Positions 13,171-28,733 of a DNA stretch of 64,000 nt are shown piece by piece; position 1 is the stretch's first letter; every line of letters starts with the position of its first letter. Both the position numbers and the translations under genes were made by a program. The notes under the pieces were generated by a model. It did not search any database. It was given only the letters and a program-made list of their open reading frames with translations, and had not been told where the DNA came from. The stretch is from the human T2T-CHM13v2.0 reference genome, Homo sapiens, in the NCBI RefSeq assembly GCF_009914755.1, contig NC_060926.1. One strand, 5' to 3'.

Positions 13171-14519
13171 TAACCTAAAAAATAAAAATCACTAATAATC
13201 CCACTATCCAGCAATAAAAGTTTCTATTGTGCTCCTCCTATATGGTTTCCATTTAATGCAGACATCCCCATTATAGAGTGCTTTAATAAAATGGTACATA
13301 ATTTTTTATCACTGCCCTTTTCCTTAATTACATGCTCAAAATTTTTGAAAGCATTGTTTTTAAATCTAGTGGCATATATTGCATTTTATGAATATTACAT
13401 AATATTGTGGGTTCCCATAAAACAAGTAAATAAATAGCTTTGGGGCTCTTGATTTAGTCATAGTGTTAATTTCCGGAGATTAAGTGGCCATTCTGAAAAC
13501 ACAGATACTAAGTCTTAGTAAAATTAAAATATTTTCTTCTAGATAGGAGACCCAAAGGTCAAGGGAGCTGAGTAGTTACTCACCTCCACCTAGCAATCCC
13601 CCTGCCAGTAGGCCAGGTTATATTTAGATACCTAGTGGCTTTGTAAATGGTTCCCAGGATAAACACAGTACACAAAACTCATAAAGGGCCAGTCTTATAG
13701 ATCAAATCAACAGGCCAAGTAAACTCACCTTACAGTGGAAAGAGAGAAGAGATTGCAGATGGGATTGAGGTTACCCATCACAGATTTCAGCTGCTTGATC
13801 CTGTCATCAGACTTTGGGCTTGGTGCTTTTACCTGCTCTGGCTTTCTGAGTCAGGCTCACAAGGGACATGCTCACGGAGAAAGTGCACATTTGGAAGCCA
13901 TTTGCTTTTACAAAATGTTTACTATTCCAGCCCCCGACAGTTATTGTTACTGGAGTCATTACTGATGGAGTTCAGAAAGAGAAGGGTTGCCTTTGGTTTC
14001 CCAGAGCCCGCATGTGGAAATGTGTGTGCACGAGGGGGCAGAGATAGAAAACAAATGCAAATCCACCACTAGCGTTGTTACACCTTTTCTGAAATATTGG
14101 ATTTCTCATCACATCCCAGAATTTGAGAGTTTTAAAAAGGCAAAGCCATAGGCAGTATTCTCTTTCCCAATAAAGATAACAATTCATTAAAAAAAATGTT
14201 GTGGTTAATTCTCCAACTGTGATACATTTACAATTGCCAGAAATAATCCCAAGTTGATTATTGCTTTGCAGATTATTCCTGATGTGTGTATCTTGAAGAA
14301 TTATCTGGTGGGAGGATAGGTGTGAGTAATAAGAATTAAATTTGTCTTCAGGGAGTTCCAAGTTCAATAAATCACCTCATCATATCATATCCATGGATAA
14401 GATTCTTTGCTTTTGCAAAATCAAGACAATCAGAACCCACTTGCCTAAACGTCTCTTTTTGTTCATTTTTTAAAAGTATTTATTCCAGAACAAAAAGAGT
14501 AGAAAAGGTTAATTGGTTC

Positions 14520-15475
14520 ACATTTTATATGTACCCATGGTTCATTTTGAGTTAATTTTTGTATAAAAATTATGTTAAGGTATATATTTTGCATATGTAT
14601 GTTAATTGTTCCAACACTATTTGTTGAAAAGACTACTCTTTCTTTATTAAATTGTGTCTTAAAACTTGGTCAAAAATTGATTGACCATATTGGAGCAGGT
14701 CTATTTCTGGAGGCTCTATTCTGTTTCATTTATTTATATGTCTATATTTTCACTAGGTTAGATATTGTAGCATTAGAGTAAATCTTGTAATTGGGTAGAA
14801 TGACTACCCCAATTTTATTTTTCTTTTCCAAAATTGTTTTGGCTATTCTAATCCTTGTGCCTTTCCACATAAAATTTAGAATCAGCTTGTCTATATCTAC
14901 AAAAAGACCTTCTGACACTTTGCTTGAAATAGTTTTAAAACAATTGACAAGTTTGAGAGGAATTGACATCTTCACTATACTGGGTCTTTCAATACATGAA
15001 CGTATATGTCTTCTAATTATATGGGTCTTCTTTAATTTTTTCATCAGTATTTTGCATTTCTCAGCATGTAGATTTTATACATATTTTGTGAGATTTATAG
15101 CTAAGTTTTTGGGAGGAGCTATTGCAAATAGCATTGAATTTTTAATGTTGAATTCCAATTATTATTAATGCTAGTAGAAATATGATTGATGTTTATGGGT
15201 TTTCCTTGTACTCTATGATCCTATTTGACCACCATATTCATTCAAGGAACTGGATTTTTTCTTGTAGATATTTAAAGATTTTTCATGTAGATAATCATGC
15301 CTTCTGCAAATAGAGATACTTTTATTTCTTTATTTTCAATATGTGGGACTTTTTTGTTTTAATTCTGGCTTTGTTACACTGGCTAAGACTTCCATTCCTA
15401 TTTTAAATAGTAGTGGTGGGAATATGCATCCTTGTCTTGCTTCCAGTTTTAGTGAGGAAAGCTTTTAGCCCTTCA
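14520..15475 (-). mobile_element. Old L1M ORF2 fragment
   Basis: ORF 14742-15044(-) resembles L1 ORF2 (IDKLILNFMWKGTRIRIAKTILEKKNKIG). Confidence 0.88.
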
Positions 15476-15489
15476 TTTTATGTGAGCTT

Positions 15490-15793
15490 TGTTGCTAGCA
15501 CACTTTTCGCTGTTAGAAGCAAGAGTTGATGTAAGATTTTTAAGTAATAACCAGGATTTGTATTTCTTCCACAAGTTGTCTTTAAATGGTTTGTTGACTG
15601 AAACAATGAGAAATGGCATTGTCCAATCATTCCACCAAAAATAGCAACCAAGCTCAAACATGTGCCAGTAAAAACAACGATGCCACCACTGCTACCTGGC
15701 CTACAACAATTGTACACCATGGATTTCAAGATGCATTCAGATTCTAGAAATGTTAAGAGGTGAAAATGTGCATCTTGGAACTGATAGCATGTA
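15490..15793 (-). mobile_element. Kanga1/MER104-like Tc2 (pogo) DNA transposon remnant
   Basis: Minus strand begins ...ttccaagatgcacattttcacctcttaacatttctagaatctgaatgcatcttgaaatccatgg (Kanga/MER104-like end); two frames give VAIFGGMIGQ / IVSVNKPFKDNLWKKYKSWLL, resembling the DDE_1 motif IPGGxTxxLQPLDVSVNKPFK. Confidence 0.7.
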
Positions 15794-15836
15794 ATATGTT
15801 TCTTATAATAAGGTTTTAAAAAATAACTCCATTTCA

Positions 15837-16722
<886 letters not shown>

Positions 16723-18010
16723 TCTGACCAAAAAAGCAATGGGGAAAGGATTCCCTATTTAATAAATGCTGTTGGGAAAACTGGCTATCCATATGCAGAT
16801 AACTGAAACTGGACCCTTTCCTTACACCTTATACAAAAATTAACTTAAGATGAATTAAAGATGTAAACGTTAAGACCTAAGACCATAAAAACCCTAGAAG
16901 AAAACCTAGGCAGTACCATTCAGGACATAGGCATGGGCAAAGACTTCAGGAGGAAAACACCAAAAGCAATGGCAACAAAAGCCAAAATTGACAAATGGGA
17001 TCTAATTAAGCTAAAGAGCTTCAGCACAACAAAAGAAACTACCATTAGAGTGAACGGGCAACCTACAGAATGTAAGAAAGCTTTTGCCATCTATCCATCT
17101 GACAAAGGGCTGATATTCAGAATCTACAAAAAACCTAAACAAATTTACAAGAAAAAAATAAACAACCCCATCAAAAAGTGGGCAAAGGATATGAACAGAC
17201 TCTTCTTAGAAGAAGACATTTATGCAGCCAACAAACATATGAAAAAAAAGCTCATCATCACTGGTCATTAGAGAAATGCAAATCAAAACCACGATGAGAT
17301 ACCATCTCACAGCAATTAGAATGGCAATCATTAAAAAGTCAGGAAACAGCAGATGCTGGAGAGGATGTGGAGAAACAGGAATGCTTTTACACTGTTGGTA
17401 GGAGTATAAATTAGTTCAACCATTGTGGAAGACAGTGTGGTGATTCTTCAAGGATCTAGAACTAGAAATACCATTTGACCTAGCAATCCCATTACTGGAT
17501 ATATAACCAAAGGATGATAAATCATTCTGCTATAAAGACACATGCACACATATGTTTATTGCAGCACTATTCACAATAGCAAAGACTTGGAACCAACCCA
17601 AATATCCATCAATGATAGACTGGATAAAGAAAATGTGGCTTATATATACCAGGGAATACTATGCAGCCATAAAAAAAGGATGAGTTCATGTCCTTTGCAA
17701 GGACATGGATGAAACTGGAAACCATCATTCTCAGCAAACTAACACAGAAACAGAAAACCAAACACCACATGTTCTCACTCATAAGTGGGATTTGAACAGT
17801 GAGAACACATGGACACAGGGAGGGGAATATCACACACTGGGGCCTGTCAGGGGTGCCAGGGGAGGGACAGCATTAGGAGAAATGTAGATGACGGTTTGAT
17901 GGGTGCAGCAAACCACCATGGCACAGGTGTACCTATGTAACAAACCTGCATGTTCTGCACATGTATCCCAGAAATGGAAGTATAATTTAAAAAAAAAAAA
18001 AAGAAAAAGA
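16723..18010 (+). mobile_element. L1PA7-like element A, non-inverted 3' segment with poly(A)
   Basis: ORF2 C-terminal remnant (16933-17271), 3' UTR and A tail; right TSD aaagtaactccatttca at 18011-18027. Confidence 0.95.
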
Positions 18011-19159
18011 AAAGTAACTCCATTTCATGAGCAATGTCTCAGATCATAAAAAGATCTTTTATAGGTTTTTTTAAGTAGTGAATAATATTTCATTGTAAGG
18101 CTCTGTCATAATTTATTTAATCAGTCTTTTCTATTGAAATTTTATTTTGTTTTCAGATTTTGCTATTTTATATGATCCTCTAATAAGCATGTTTAGCATT
18201 AAAGTGTGTACTTACAACTATATGACTATGAGAACCAACTAGGAATAGATTTAGTCGAAAGGCAGTTTTTCTAATTTTTGAAAATTTTCCTTCCAAGGGT
18301 ATAATTTTATGCCAGGAGAAAGTTAAATGACCCCTGAGAAAATGAGTAAGGGTGGAAAACATGTAAACTTGTATTTGAAGGAGAACTTTAGTTACCATAT
18401 CATGAGATATTAAAAAAACTTTAGATGATTAGATTTTTTATTGTCTGTCTGTACAAGGGTAGAGTATATGTAGATTTTTCTTTATTTTACCATAAAATTT
18501 GATAATAGGATCTTTAAATATCAATTTTATAAAAATCTTCTTGTTAATATATTTCCACTGAGGGCTATTGCTACAAATTGTAAGCTAAAATGGAATGTTC
18601 ACTGGATGAAACATAATGATTTTTTTTTATCGGAGGCAGAGCAAAGTAATTTAATAGGGAAAAAAGATTGTTGAGTTGTAAAAAAATTATAAGTTTTTTT
18701 CACTTCTACTCAAATTTGTAAGCCAATATAGTCCATGAACTTCATTCCTTCATTATATGGGTAACTATGGGAAAGTTTAACATGTCTTGGATAAGAATCT
18801 CAGTTATAGTTGGAATTAAAACAAATCGGTGTTGCAATACAATTTGCTCTGATGTTTAGCTTAGTTTAGAAACAGAAAATGTTAACACAGTAATTTCAAA
18901 CTGTTGATATTGGTTTGTATTTTTGGGGCCAGCAATGAAATTGATATAAACAAAAAGTACTTACTTTGGATTTTTAATTCATTCTGTCTTGTGGCTCAAG
19001 CTGCTGGCTGGTTAAATGAGGAAGTAAGAGGGAAGAGATTAGGAGTAAGTGACAGCCACATTTATGCATTTCTTAGTAAGTGTAATTTTAAAGTTACATA
19101 AAAATTAAATACAGAAATATACATGTTTTTAGAAAGAAAAATATACACAATGCAATATT

Positions 19160-19500
19160 ATACTGTAGAGAAAGCTTTAGACTGAGTTAGGATTTCTCCC
19201 ACTTATCAGCTGTGTGACTTAGCACGTTTTCATCTATGAAGCAGGAATCTTTGAGTAACAAAGTTGTAAAATTCAATAGATGATTGATGGGGAGGTTTCT
19301 ATTTTGAATTCTTTTATTACATTCTGCATAATTGAGGTATTATTAAAGAAGAACAAATATGATCATCTCTGCCTCTTTGATATGATCTTGAGGAAATAAT
19401 TTAACCTTTATAAGCCTTGTTATTTTATCTTAAATATTAATACTTCATAAAGGCATTTTAAGAGTCAGATAAAATAATTCTGTGAAAGTGTCAAAGGTGC
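19160..19500 (+). mobile_element. Two MIR fragments
   Basis: cacttatcagctgtgtgacttagc...tttcatctatgaagcagga; gatcttgaggaaataatttaacctttataagccttg. Confidence 0.5.
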
Positions 19501-20074
19501 AGCATAAGAAAACAAGATTAGAACATGTTCAGGTGAATTTTCATAAGCAGCATCCCTCATTTGGTCAGTATAAGGTAATGATGTGCAAATATTGGCCAGA
19601 CCACTCTCCAGAGCAATGCTGGAAGGCATTATTTTAGCTCAAGACTTTGAAGACCATTGAAGGATGATTTGAAGTGACCTAGAACCCTGTTGTGGCATAT
19701 AATTCTAGAATCATAGACGCAACTTTATGTGGTAAAATGTATGCACGTACCACGCTTAGTGGCATTCAGGATCTCTAGGTCATGGAGGGATTAACAACAA
19801 ATACCTCCTACCAGGCAGAGAAAAAGTTTGGAGAGAAAAGTTTCAGTTGTAGTTATGTCCTTATTCTCATGCAGGTCTTCATTTTCTATCAATGAGTACT
19901 TCTTGAATACCTACAAATATTCATAATTTCTCATGTTAGTCACTGAATTGTCATGACTATTTTTATCTTTGTGGATTATTTTATTTGAACTGATTGATTG
20001 GTTGCCAAGTTGTCCATAATTTTGTTTGTAATTTTCCTTCATCAATTCTTTAAAATATAACTTCATCACCTATA

Positions 20075-21287
20075 CAGCCATGCAACACATAAGGACATAC
20101 TAGTCAATGACAAACTGCATAGACAATGTCAATATCTTATTCCATAAGATAATGGAGCTGAAAATTTCCTATCACCTAATGACATCATAGCTGCCATACA
20201 TCATAGCATGATGCATTACTCATGTGTTTGTGGTGATGCTGGTGTAGACAGATCTCCTGCACTACCGATTATATAAAGATATAGCACATACAATTATATA
20301 CAGTACATAATACTTGATGATAGTGGTGATAAATGCCTATGTTACCTGCTTATGTATTTACTACACTATGTTTTTCATCATTATTTCAGAGTGTACTCCT
20401 ACTTACAACAACAAAAAGTTAACTGTAAAAAAGCTGCAGGCAGGTCCTTCAGGAAGTGTTCTAGAAAAAGGCATTGTTGTCACAAGAGATGCTAGCACCA
20501 TGTATGTAATTGCCTCTGAGACCTTCCAGTGGAATCAGATGTGGAGGTGAAAGACAATGATATTAATGATCCTGAACCTAGGTAGGCCTAAGCTACCATG
20601 TGTGTGTATCTTAGTTTTTAACAAATAAGCTTTAAAAAATAGAAAAAAAATTACACTTAGAAAAATACTTAAAAATAAGGACTTAAAGTAGGAAAATATT
20701 TTTGTACAACTGTACAATGTATTTGTGTTTTAAGCTAAGTGTTATTGCAAAAGTCAAAGAGTTAAAAAATTAAGAGGTATATGAATTTAAAAAGTTACAA
20801 CAAACTAATGTTATTACTGAAGAAAGAATTTTTTCATAAATTTAATGTTGCCTACATGTACAGTGTTAATAAAGTCTACAGTAGTGTACATTAGTGTCCT
20901 ATGTATTCACATTCACTCACCACCCACTCACTGACTTACTCAGAGCAACTTCCAGTCCTATAAACTTCATTCACAGTAAGTGCTCTATGCAAGCATACAG
21001 TTTTTTATCTTTTATACTGTATTTTTACTGTACCTTTTCTATATTTGATATGTTTAGATACACAAATGCTTACCATTGTGTTATAATTGCCTACAGTATT
21101 CAGTACAGTAACCTGCTGTCTAGGTTTGCAGCCTAGAAGCAATGAGCTTTTCCATATAGCCTAGGCATGTAGTGGGCTATGCCATCTGAATTTGTGTAAG
21201 TACACTCTGTAATGCTTGCATAAGGATGAAATTGCCTAACAATGCATTTCTCAGAATGTATCTCCATTGTTAAGCAATGCATGACTA
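20075..21287 (+). mobile_element. Tigger3b, apparently full length
   Basis: ta|cagccatgcaacacataaggac ... ttaagcaatgcatgacta|ta; both TIRs and TA TSD; about 1.2 kb. Confidence 0.9.
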
Positions 21288-21759
21288 TATTCCTAAAGCT
21301 TTCTCTGTTCCCTTTCTGGTACAATACCTCTGTAGAATCTAAAAATGAAGGTGATGCAATGCCCTTCATTTGTGCCACAGTGTTGCAAGAGTATCTAAAT
21401 GGGCTACATGGCTTAGGAGATAGGAATTTTCTTGGCCTTCATGCATTTTGGTTAGAAGAAAACAAGAGGTGTCAGAGCCCCAAGCACCCTCTCAACACAA
21501 AAGCTCCCTACTCTAGGTTACATCTGGTATCACTGAATCACTCTTTCAATTATGCCTTCTTGCTGCCTTATTTGACGTTTTCATCTTCACACATAGATGG
21601 CTTTCAAAGCACTTGTAAATTAAAAATTGGTAGGCAAGTATGAACTGGATTGTTATTATAGTATTAAAATGGGATCCTGTCTCTGTTTCATCCAAGACTT
21701 TCAGACAAAAGATCTTAAGAACAACATTCTAGAGAAAGTTGTGAAGCAACCCAAGCAAG

Positions 21760-22420
21760 ACTATGTGTGAGCTACAGGAGAGCGTATTAACCTGGTATTG
21801 TCTTCAGTCCTGCCCAAGAGGCCACCTGGAGGGAAAGAAGGCTCTGAGGACAGAGGCTGGAGGTTTTCTTGCAGATGCCCTCAGGCTGAAATGTGAGGTT
21901 TTAAGGACCAGCCGGAAGAGAACTGCAAGGAGAGATCATTAGTGATGGGAGAAGACCCTCCAGAGATCCCACAGAAGCATCCAGAAGAGAGAATCCAGAG
22001 AGTATTGACAGCAAATCCAAGAATACCAGTCGAATAAGGCCTTTCCTGCCATTTACCTCACATCTCTTTCCTCTCTCCATTCCTGGGGAAAGAAATCCGT
22101 AGCCTTGGCTCTCAGCTAGAGGAAGAAGGGTACACACAGAAAGCAGGAAACTAGAGAAGACACCCACCACACTCCCTCTCCCACTGCAAGGCCTTGCCTG
22201 CAAAAGGCCCAAGCTGGGAAAGGATAACTATAACTTTAAGTGAAATTTGGAGTTTTGACTACTACAAAAGACTTAACATTTTACTTACGGAAACAATACT
22301 GTTTTGTGGCTAGAAGCAAATTAAGGAATTTTCATTAACGGCAAGTGCATAAGGAAAGTCATGAGCTGTGCCAGATTTCATGAAAGGAACAGGGAAGAAT
22401 GAGTCCTGGGGAGGAGGTGT
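21760..22420. mobile_element. Possible ancient LTR remnant (MamGyp/LTR78-81-like)
   Basis: Purine-rich segment followed by aactttaagtgaaatttggagttttgactac, reminiscent of old LTRs; weak. Confidence 0.3.
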
Positions 22421-22899
22421 GTCTGGGCTGTGGTGGGTGGACTCTCGTGCCCCCTGGGTTAGAGCATTGTATAAGCACCAAGGGTTGTAAATAATGAGCA
22501 GAGCAAAGACACGGACTCAAATGCTCCCTGTCTTCTCTCTCTCCAATGGCACAGAACTCTTACTGCCCTCAGCACAATGATTAACAGCAAACCAAATTGG
22601 TTAGGAGATCTGTGATGACATCTGCTGATGGTCCTTCAAGCACATGAATGACAGGTAATAGAGCTATCTTGCTCACCTTCAGGAATGCCTCCTTTACACG
22701 GAGGCTCTCATTTGATATTTTAAAGATTGTCTGCCCCAGAGAAATAATTCAAACACTATCCATTGGCTTTAGAGAAATAATTCCTTTTGAAATGATTTCA
22801 CAAATACCAAGGGCAAGACCTCATTTAGATGGAGTAAAAGCTTCCCAAACCCGAAGGGAACATTCCTCCCAGGGCTGTGATTTCTGCTGAAGAAAGGGA

Positions 22900-23240
22900 G
22901 GTGTCTGAGATAAGCAGCGCAGACTGTGCTGGAAGAAACAAACATGTTTGTTGTTCCCCTGGCGCATATATTTCCTAATATAGTCCTGGGCCTTGAGAAC
23001 TCTGGCTGCCCCTGCGGCTACAGAGAAGCCCAGAGCTATGTCCTGAGGAACCCCGGGGCCTGTGCCCACTGAGAATCCCTGACCTGCCAGGAAGACCTCC
23101 TGAGAACAAAAGCGATGATCCAGAATGGGCCGGCGCAGGGGCAGCGCATCGCGGATTCTACGTGGGTGAGGACCACCGTGGCTCTCAGCACGGCTGAGGT
23201 TGAATTGATGGGATGACCATCTTGCTTTCTACGCCTTTCC
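22900..23240 (+). promoter_or_regulatory. Small unique CpG-enriched element with downstream splice donor (candidate promoter/first exon or enhancer)
   Basis: About 14 CpGs in about 320 bp of non-repeat DNA; GATA site agataag; 16-bp palindrome at 22937-22952; donor tgg|gtgagg at 23165/23166. Confidence 0.4.
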
Positions 23241-23552
23241 TGGGGCCTTTAAAGAGGAAAAGTTTACTTCATTGAAATGCATTCCTTAAAAACTTCTGCA
23301 CTTTTATCAACTTTCGGCAGTGGGATGTGTTCAACGCTCATGGAGCACCTGGGCACTAGATACAGCAAGAGAGGAAAAGGAGTGGGCATTGTCGGTAGAT
23401 AATTTTAAGACAACATTTTTAAAGATAATGCTTTTTATTCTTGCCTTGTACCAGTAATTGTAAGCTACAATGGTGATAAAATACCCCTTCCTGAAGCAAA
23501 AATTCTCTGGGTCCAAATTCTAAATAATTGCTGTGATTACTGTTGGATTTTA

Positions 23553-23880
23553 ATTATATATACATATATAATTATATGTAAATTACATATTGCATATATA
23601 AATATAAGTGTATGTTCATAATTATTTATAATTTGTATTTATTAAATATACAATACGTTATATAATGTTTAATACATATTAGTCATGTATGGTATACAGA
23701 ATATATATTGTAAAAGTTTTTTAATTTTAAAAATATTTATAAAACAATTATTTAATATTTATTTACTTAAAATAAAATAAAATATTTAAAGCTATTTAAA
23801 AATAAATATATGACATATATAATTATATTATGAAGTCCATTTATATTTAAAAGCTTAAAAAGTGCATATTTATATTAATT
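23553..23880. repeat. AT-rich low-complexity tract
   Basis: Almost entirely A/T with TATA-like units. Confidence 0.8.
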
Positions 23881-24124
23881 ATCCTCGAATAAACATTCCA
23901 TTCCATGTACCTTAATTCAGAGAATACTCAGTTATAAGTTGGGTTGATACACATACATTCAGCTATATGTGTTTGTTTTGAAAATCTATGAATAGAAACT
24001 CAGAATTGTTGGAGTTCATTTTAGGTATAATTTGTATCCATCTCCTGTGGTACTAGCCATTCTTGCATTTAAATAGCTGATTTGAAATAAATAATGATAA
24101 CCCATGATTTTTCTTACCTTTTTT

Positions 24125-25241
24125 GCTTCTTATTAATTGCCTTTTTTTATTGCACTTTAAGTTCTGGGATACATGTGCAGAACATGCAGGTTTCTTACGT
24201 AGGTATACACGTGTCATGCTGGTTTGCTGCACCCATCAACCCGTCATCTACATTAGGTATTTCTCCAAATGCTATCCTTCCCTTGGCCCTTTACCCCCTG
24301 ACAGGCCCCAGTGTGTGATGTTCCCCTCACTGTGTCCATGTGTTCTCATTGTTGAACTGCCACTTATGAGTGAGAACATGCAGTGTTTGGTTTTCTGTCC
24401 CTGTGTTAGTTTGCTGAGAATGATGGTTTCCAGCTTCATCCATGTCCTTGCAAAGGACATGAACTCATCCTTTTTTATGGCTGCATAGTATCCCATGGTG
24501 TATATGTGCCACATTTTCTTAATCTAGTCTATCATTGATGGGCATTTGGATTGGTTCCAAGTCTTTGCTATTGTGAATAGTGCTGCAATAAATATAAGTG
24601 TGCATGTGTCTTTATAGTAGAATGATGTATCATCCTTTGGTTATATACCCAGTAATGGGATTGCTGGGTCAAATGGTATTTCTAGTTCTAAATCCTTGAG
24701 GAATCACCAGACTGTCTTCCACTATGGTTGAACTAATTGACACTCCCACCAACAGTGTAAAAGCATTCCTATTTCTCCACATCCTCTCCAGCATCTGTTG
24801 CTTCCTGACTTTTTAATGATCGCCATTCTAACTGGCGTGAGATGGTATCTCATTGTGGTTTTGATTTGCATTTCTCAAATGACTGGTGACGATGAGTTTC
24901 TTTTCATATGTTTGTTGGCTGCATGAATGTCTTCTTTTGAAAAGTGTCTGTTCATATCCTTTGCCCACTTTTTGATGGGGTTGTTTATTTTTTTCTTATA
25001 CATTTGTTTAAGTTCCTTGTAGATTCTGAATATTAGCTCTTTGTCAGATGGATAGATGGCAAAAATTTTCTCCCATTCTGTAGGTTGCCTGTACACTCTG
25101 ATGATGGGTTTTTTTTTCTTTAGTTTAATTAGGTCCTATTTGTCAATTTTAGCTTTTGCTGGAATTCCTTTTGGTGTTTTAGTCATGTATTCTTTGCCAA
25201 TGCCTGTGTCCTGAACTATATTGCCTAGGTTTTCTTCTAGG
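24125..25241 (-). mobile_element. L1PA7-like element B, non-inverted 3' segment
   Basis: ctttaagttctgggatacatgtgcagaacatgcagg 3' end; ORF2 remnants at 24272-24514 and 24875-25096; left TSD ttcttacctttttt at 24111-24124. Confidence 0.95.
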
Positions 25242-26376
<1,135 letters not shown>

Positions 26377-28638
26377 TAACTTTTATTTTAAATTGAGTCA
26401 GTACACATGCAAATGTTTTATCTGGGTATATTACATGATGCTAAGGTTGCATTAATAATGATCTCATTGCCCAGGTAACTGAGCATAGTACCCAATCGAT
26501 AGTTTTTCAACCCTTTTTCCCCTTCTTTCCTCCCCCCTTCAGTAGTCCCCAGTTTCTACTGTTGCCATCTTTATGTCCATGAGTACCCTATGTTTAACCC
26601 TCACTTATAAGTGAAAACATATGGCATTTGGTTGTCTTTTCCTGCATTAATTTACTTAAGATAATGACCTCCAGCTGCATCCATGTTGCTGCAAGAGACA
26701 TGAATTCATTCTTTTTATGACTTTATAGTATTCCATGTTATATAGGTACCACATTTTCTTTATCAAATACAGGGCATCTAATTCCATGTCTTTGCTATTG
26801 TAAATAATGCTGTGATGAATTTGTGAGTGCATGTGTCTTTTTGGTAGAATGATATGTTTTCTTTTGAATATATACCCAGTAACGGGATGGCTGGGTTGAA
26901 TGGTGGTTCTGTTTTCAGTTCTTTGAGAAAGTTCCAAACTACTTTCCACACTGGCTAAATTAATTTACAATCCCACCAGCAGTCCATTTTTTTTCCCACA
27001 GCTTTGCCAGCATCTGTTGTTTTTTGACATTATAATAATAGTCAGTCCTACTGGTATAAGATGATACCTCATTGTGGTTTTGATTCTCATTTCTCTGTTG
27101 ATTAGTGATGTAGAACATCGTTTTTTCAAACATTTGTTGGCCAGATGTGTGTCTTCTTTTGAGGAGTGTCTGTTCATGTCCTTTTCCCATTTTTTAATGA
27201 GGTTGTTTTGTGCTTGTTGAGTTTATAAATTCCTTATTAGATTCTGGGTATTAGACCCTTGTTGGACTAAGATCTAGTTTGTGAATATTTTATCCCATTT
27301 TGTATGCTGTCTGTTTGCCTTGTTAATAATTTCTTTTGCTGTACAGAAGCTTAGTTTAATTAGGTCGCACTTGTCAATTTTTGTTTTTGTTGCAATTGCT
27401 TTTGAGGACTTAGTCATAAATTATTTCCCAAGGTTGATATGTCCAGAATGGTATTTGCTAGTTTTTTTCTAGGATTCTTGTAGTTTGAGGTCTTACATTT
27501 AAATCTTTAATCCATCTTGAGCTAATTTTTGTATATGGTGAAAGGTAGGAGTCCAGTTTCAGTATTCTGCATATGGTTAGCCAGTTATCCTAGCACCATT
27601 TATTGAATAGGAAGTCTTTTCCCCATTGCTAATTTGTGTCAACTGTGTCAAAGATCAGATAACTGTAGGTGTGCTGCTTTATTTCTGGGTTCTCTATTCT
27701 GTTCCATTGGTCTATGTGTCTGTTTTTATACCAGTATCATGCTGTTTTGGTTACTGCAGCCATGTAGGATAGTTGGAAGTAGGGTAATGTGATAACCCCA
27801 GTTTTCTTTTTTGTTTTTTACTTAGGGTTGCTTTGATTATTTGGGCTCTTTTTTCAATACCATATGAATTTTAGGATAGCTTTTTCTAGTTCTGTGAAAA
27901 ATGACATTGGTAGTTTAATAGGAACAGCATTTTATCTGCAGATTGCTTTGGGCAGTCTGGCCATTTTAACAATATTGGTTCTTCCTATGCATGAGCATGG
28001 GATGTTTTTCCATTTGTTTGTGAATCTGTGATTTCTTTGAGCAGTGTTCTGTAGTTACCCTTGTAGAGATCTTTCACCTCCTTCATTAGATGTATTCCTA
28101 AGTTTGTATGTGTGTGTGTTTGTGGCTATTGTAAATGGGATCATGTTCTTGATTTGGCTCTCAGCTTGAATATTATTGGTATATAGAAATGCTACTGACT
28201 TTTGTATATGGGTTTTGTATCCTGAAACTTAATTAAGTCATTTATCAGTTCCAGAGCTTTTTGGCAGATTCTTTAGTGTTTTCTAGGTATAGAATCATAT
28301 TATCCACAAAGACAGATAGTTTTATTTCTTTTCCTATTTGGATGCTTTTTATTTCTTTCTCTTGCCTGATCACTCTGGCTAGCAGTCCCTGTACTATGTT
28401 GAAGAGCTGTGGTGAGAGTGTTATCTTGTTCAGTTTTCCAGGAGAATGCTTCCACTTTTTCCATTCAGTATAATATTGGCTATGGGTTTATCATAGATAG
28501 CTTTTATTATTTTGAGGTCTCATTGACACCTAGTTTCTTGACAGTTATTATCATGAAGGAATTTTGGATTTTACTGAAAGCTTTTTCTATGTCTATTGGG
28601 ATAATCATATGATTTTTGCTTTTAATTCTGTTTATGTG
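26377..28638 (-). mobile_element. L1PA15/16-like 5'-truncated L1
   Basis: 3' end ...gtacacatgcaaatgttttatctgggtatattacatgatgctaagg...gagcatagtacccaatcgatag, followed by continuous antisense ORF2. Confidence 0.92.
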
Positions 28639-28697
28639 AAAATCATGACTTTTAAAGGAAAAGAGACAAAATCTGAGTCAGTCCTGTGACTGCTTGG

Positions 28698-28733
28698 AGT
28701 ATTTATTTATTTATTCATTCATTTATTTATTTT
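28698..28733. repeat. (TTTA/TTCA)n microsatellite
   Basis: tatttatttatttattcattcatttatttatttt. Confidence 0.8.
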
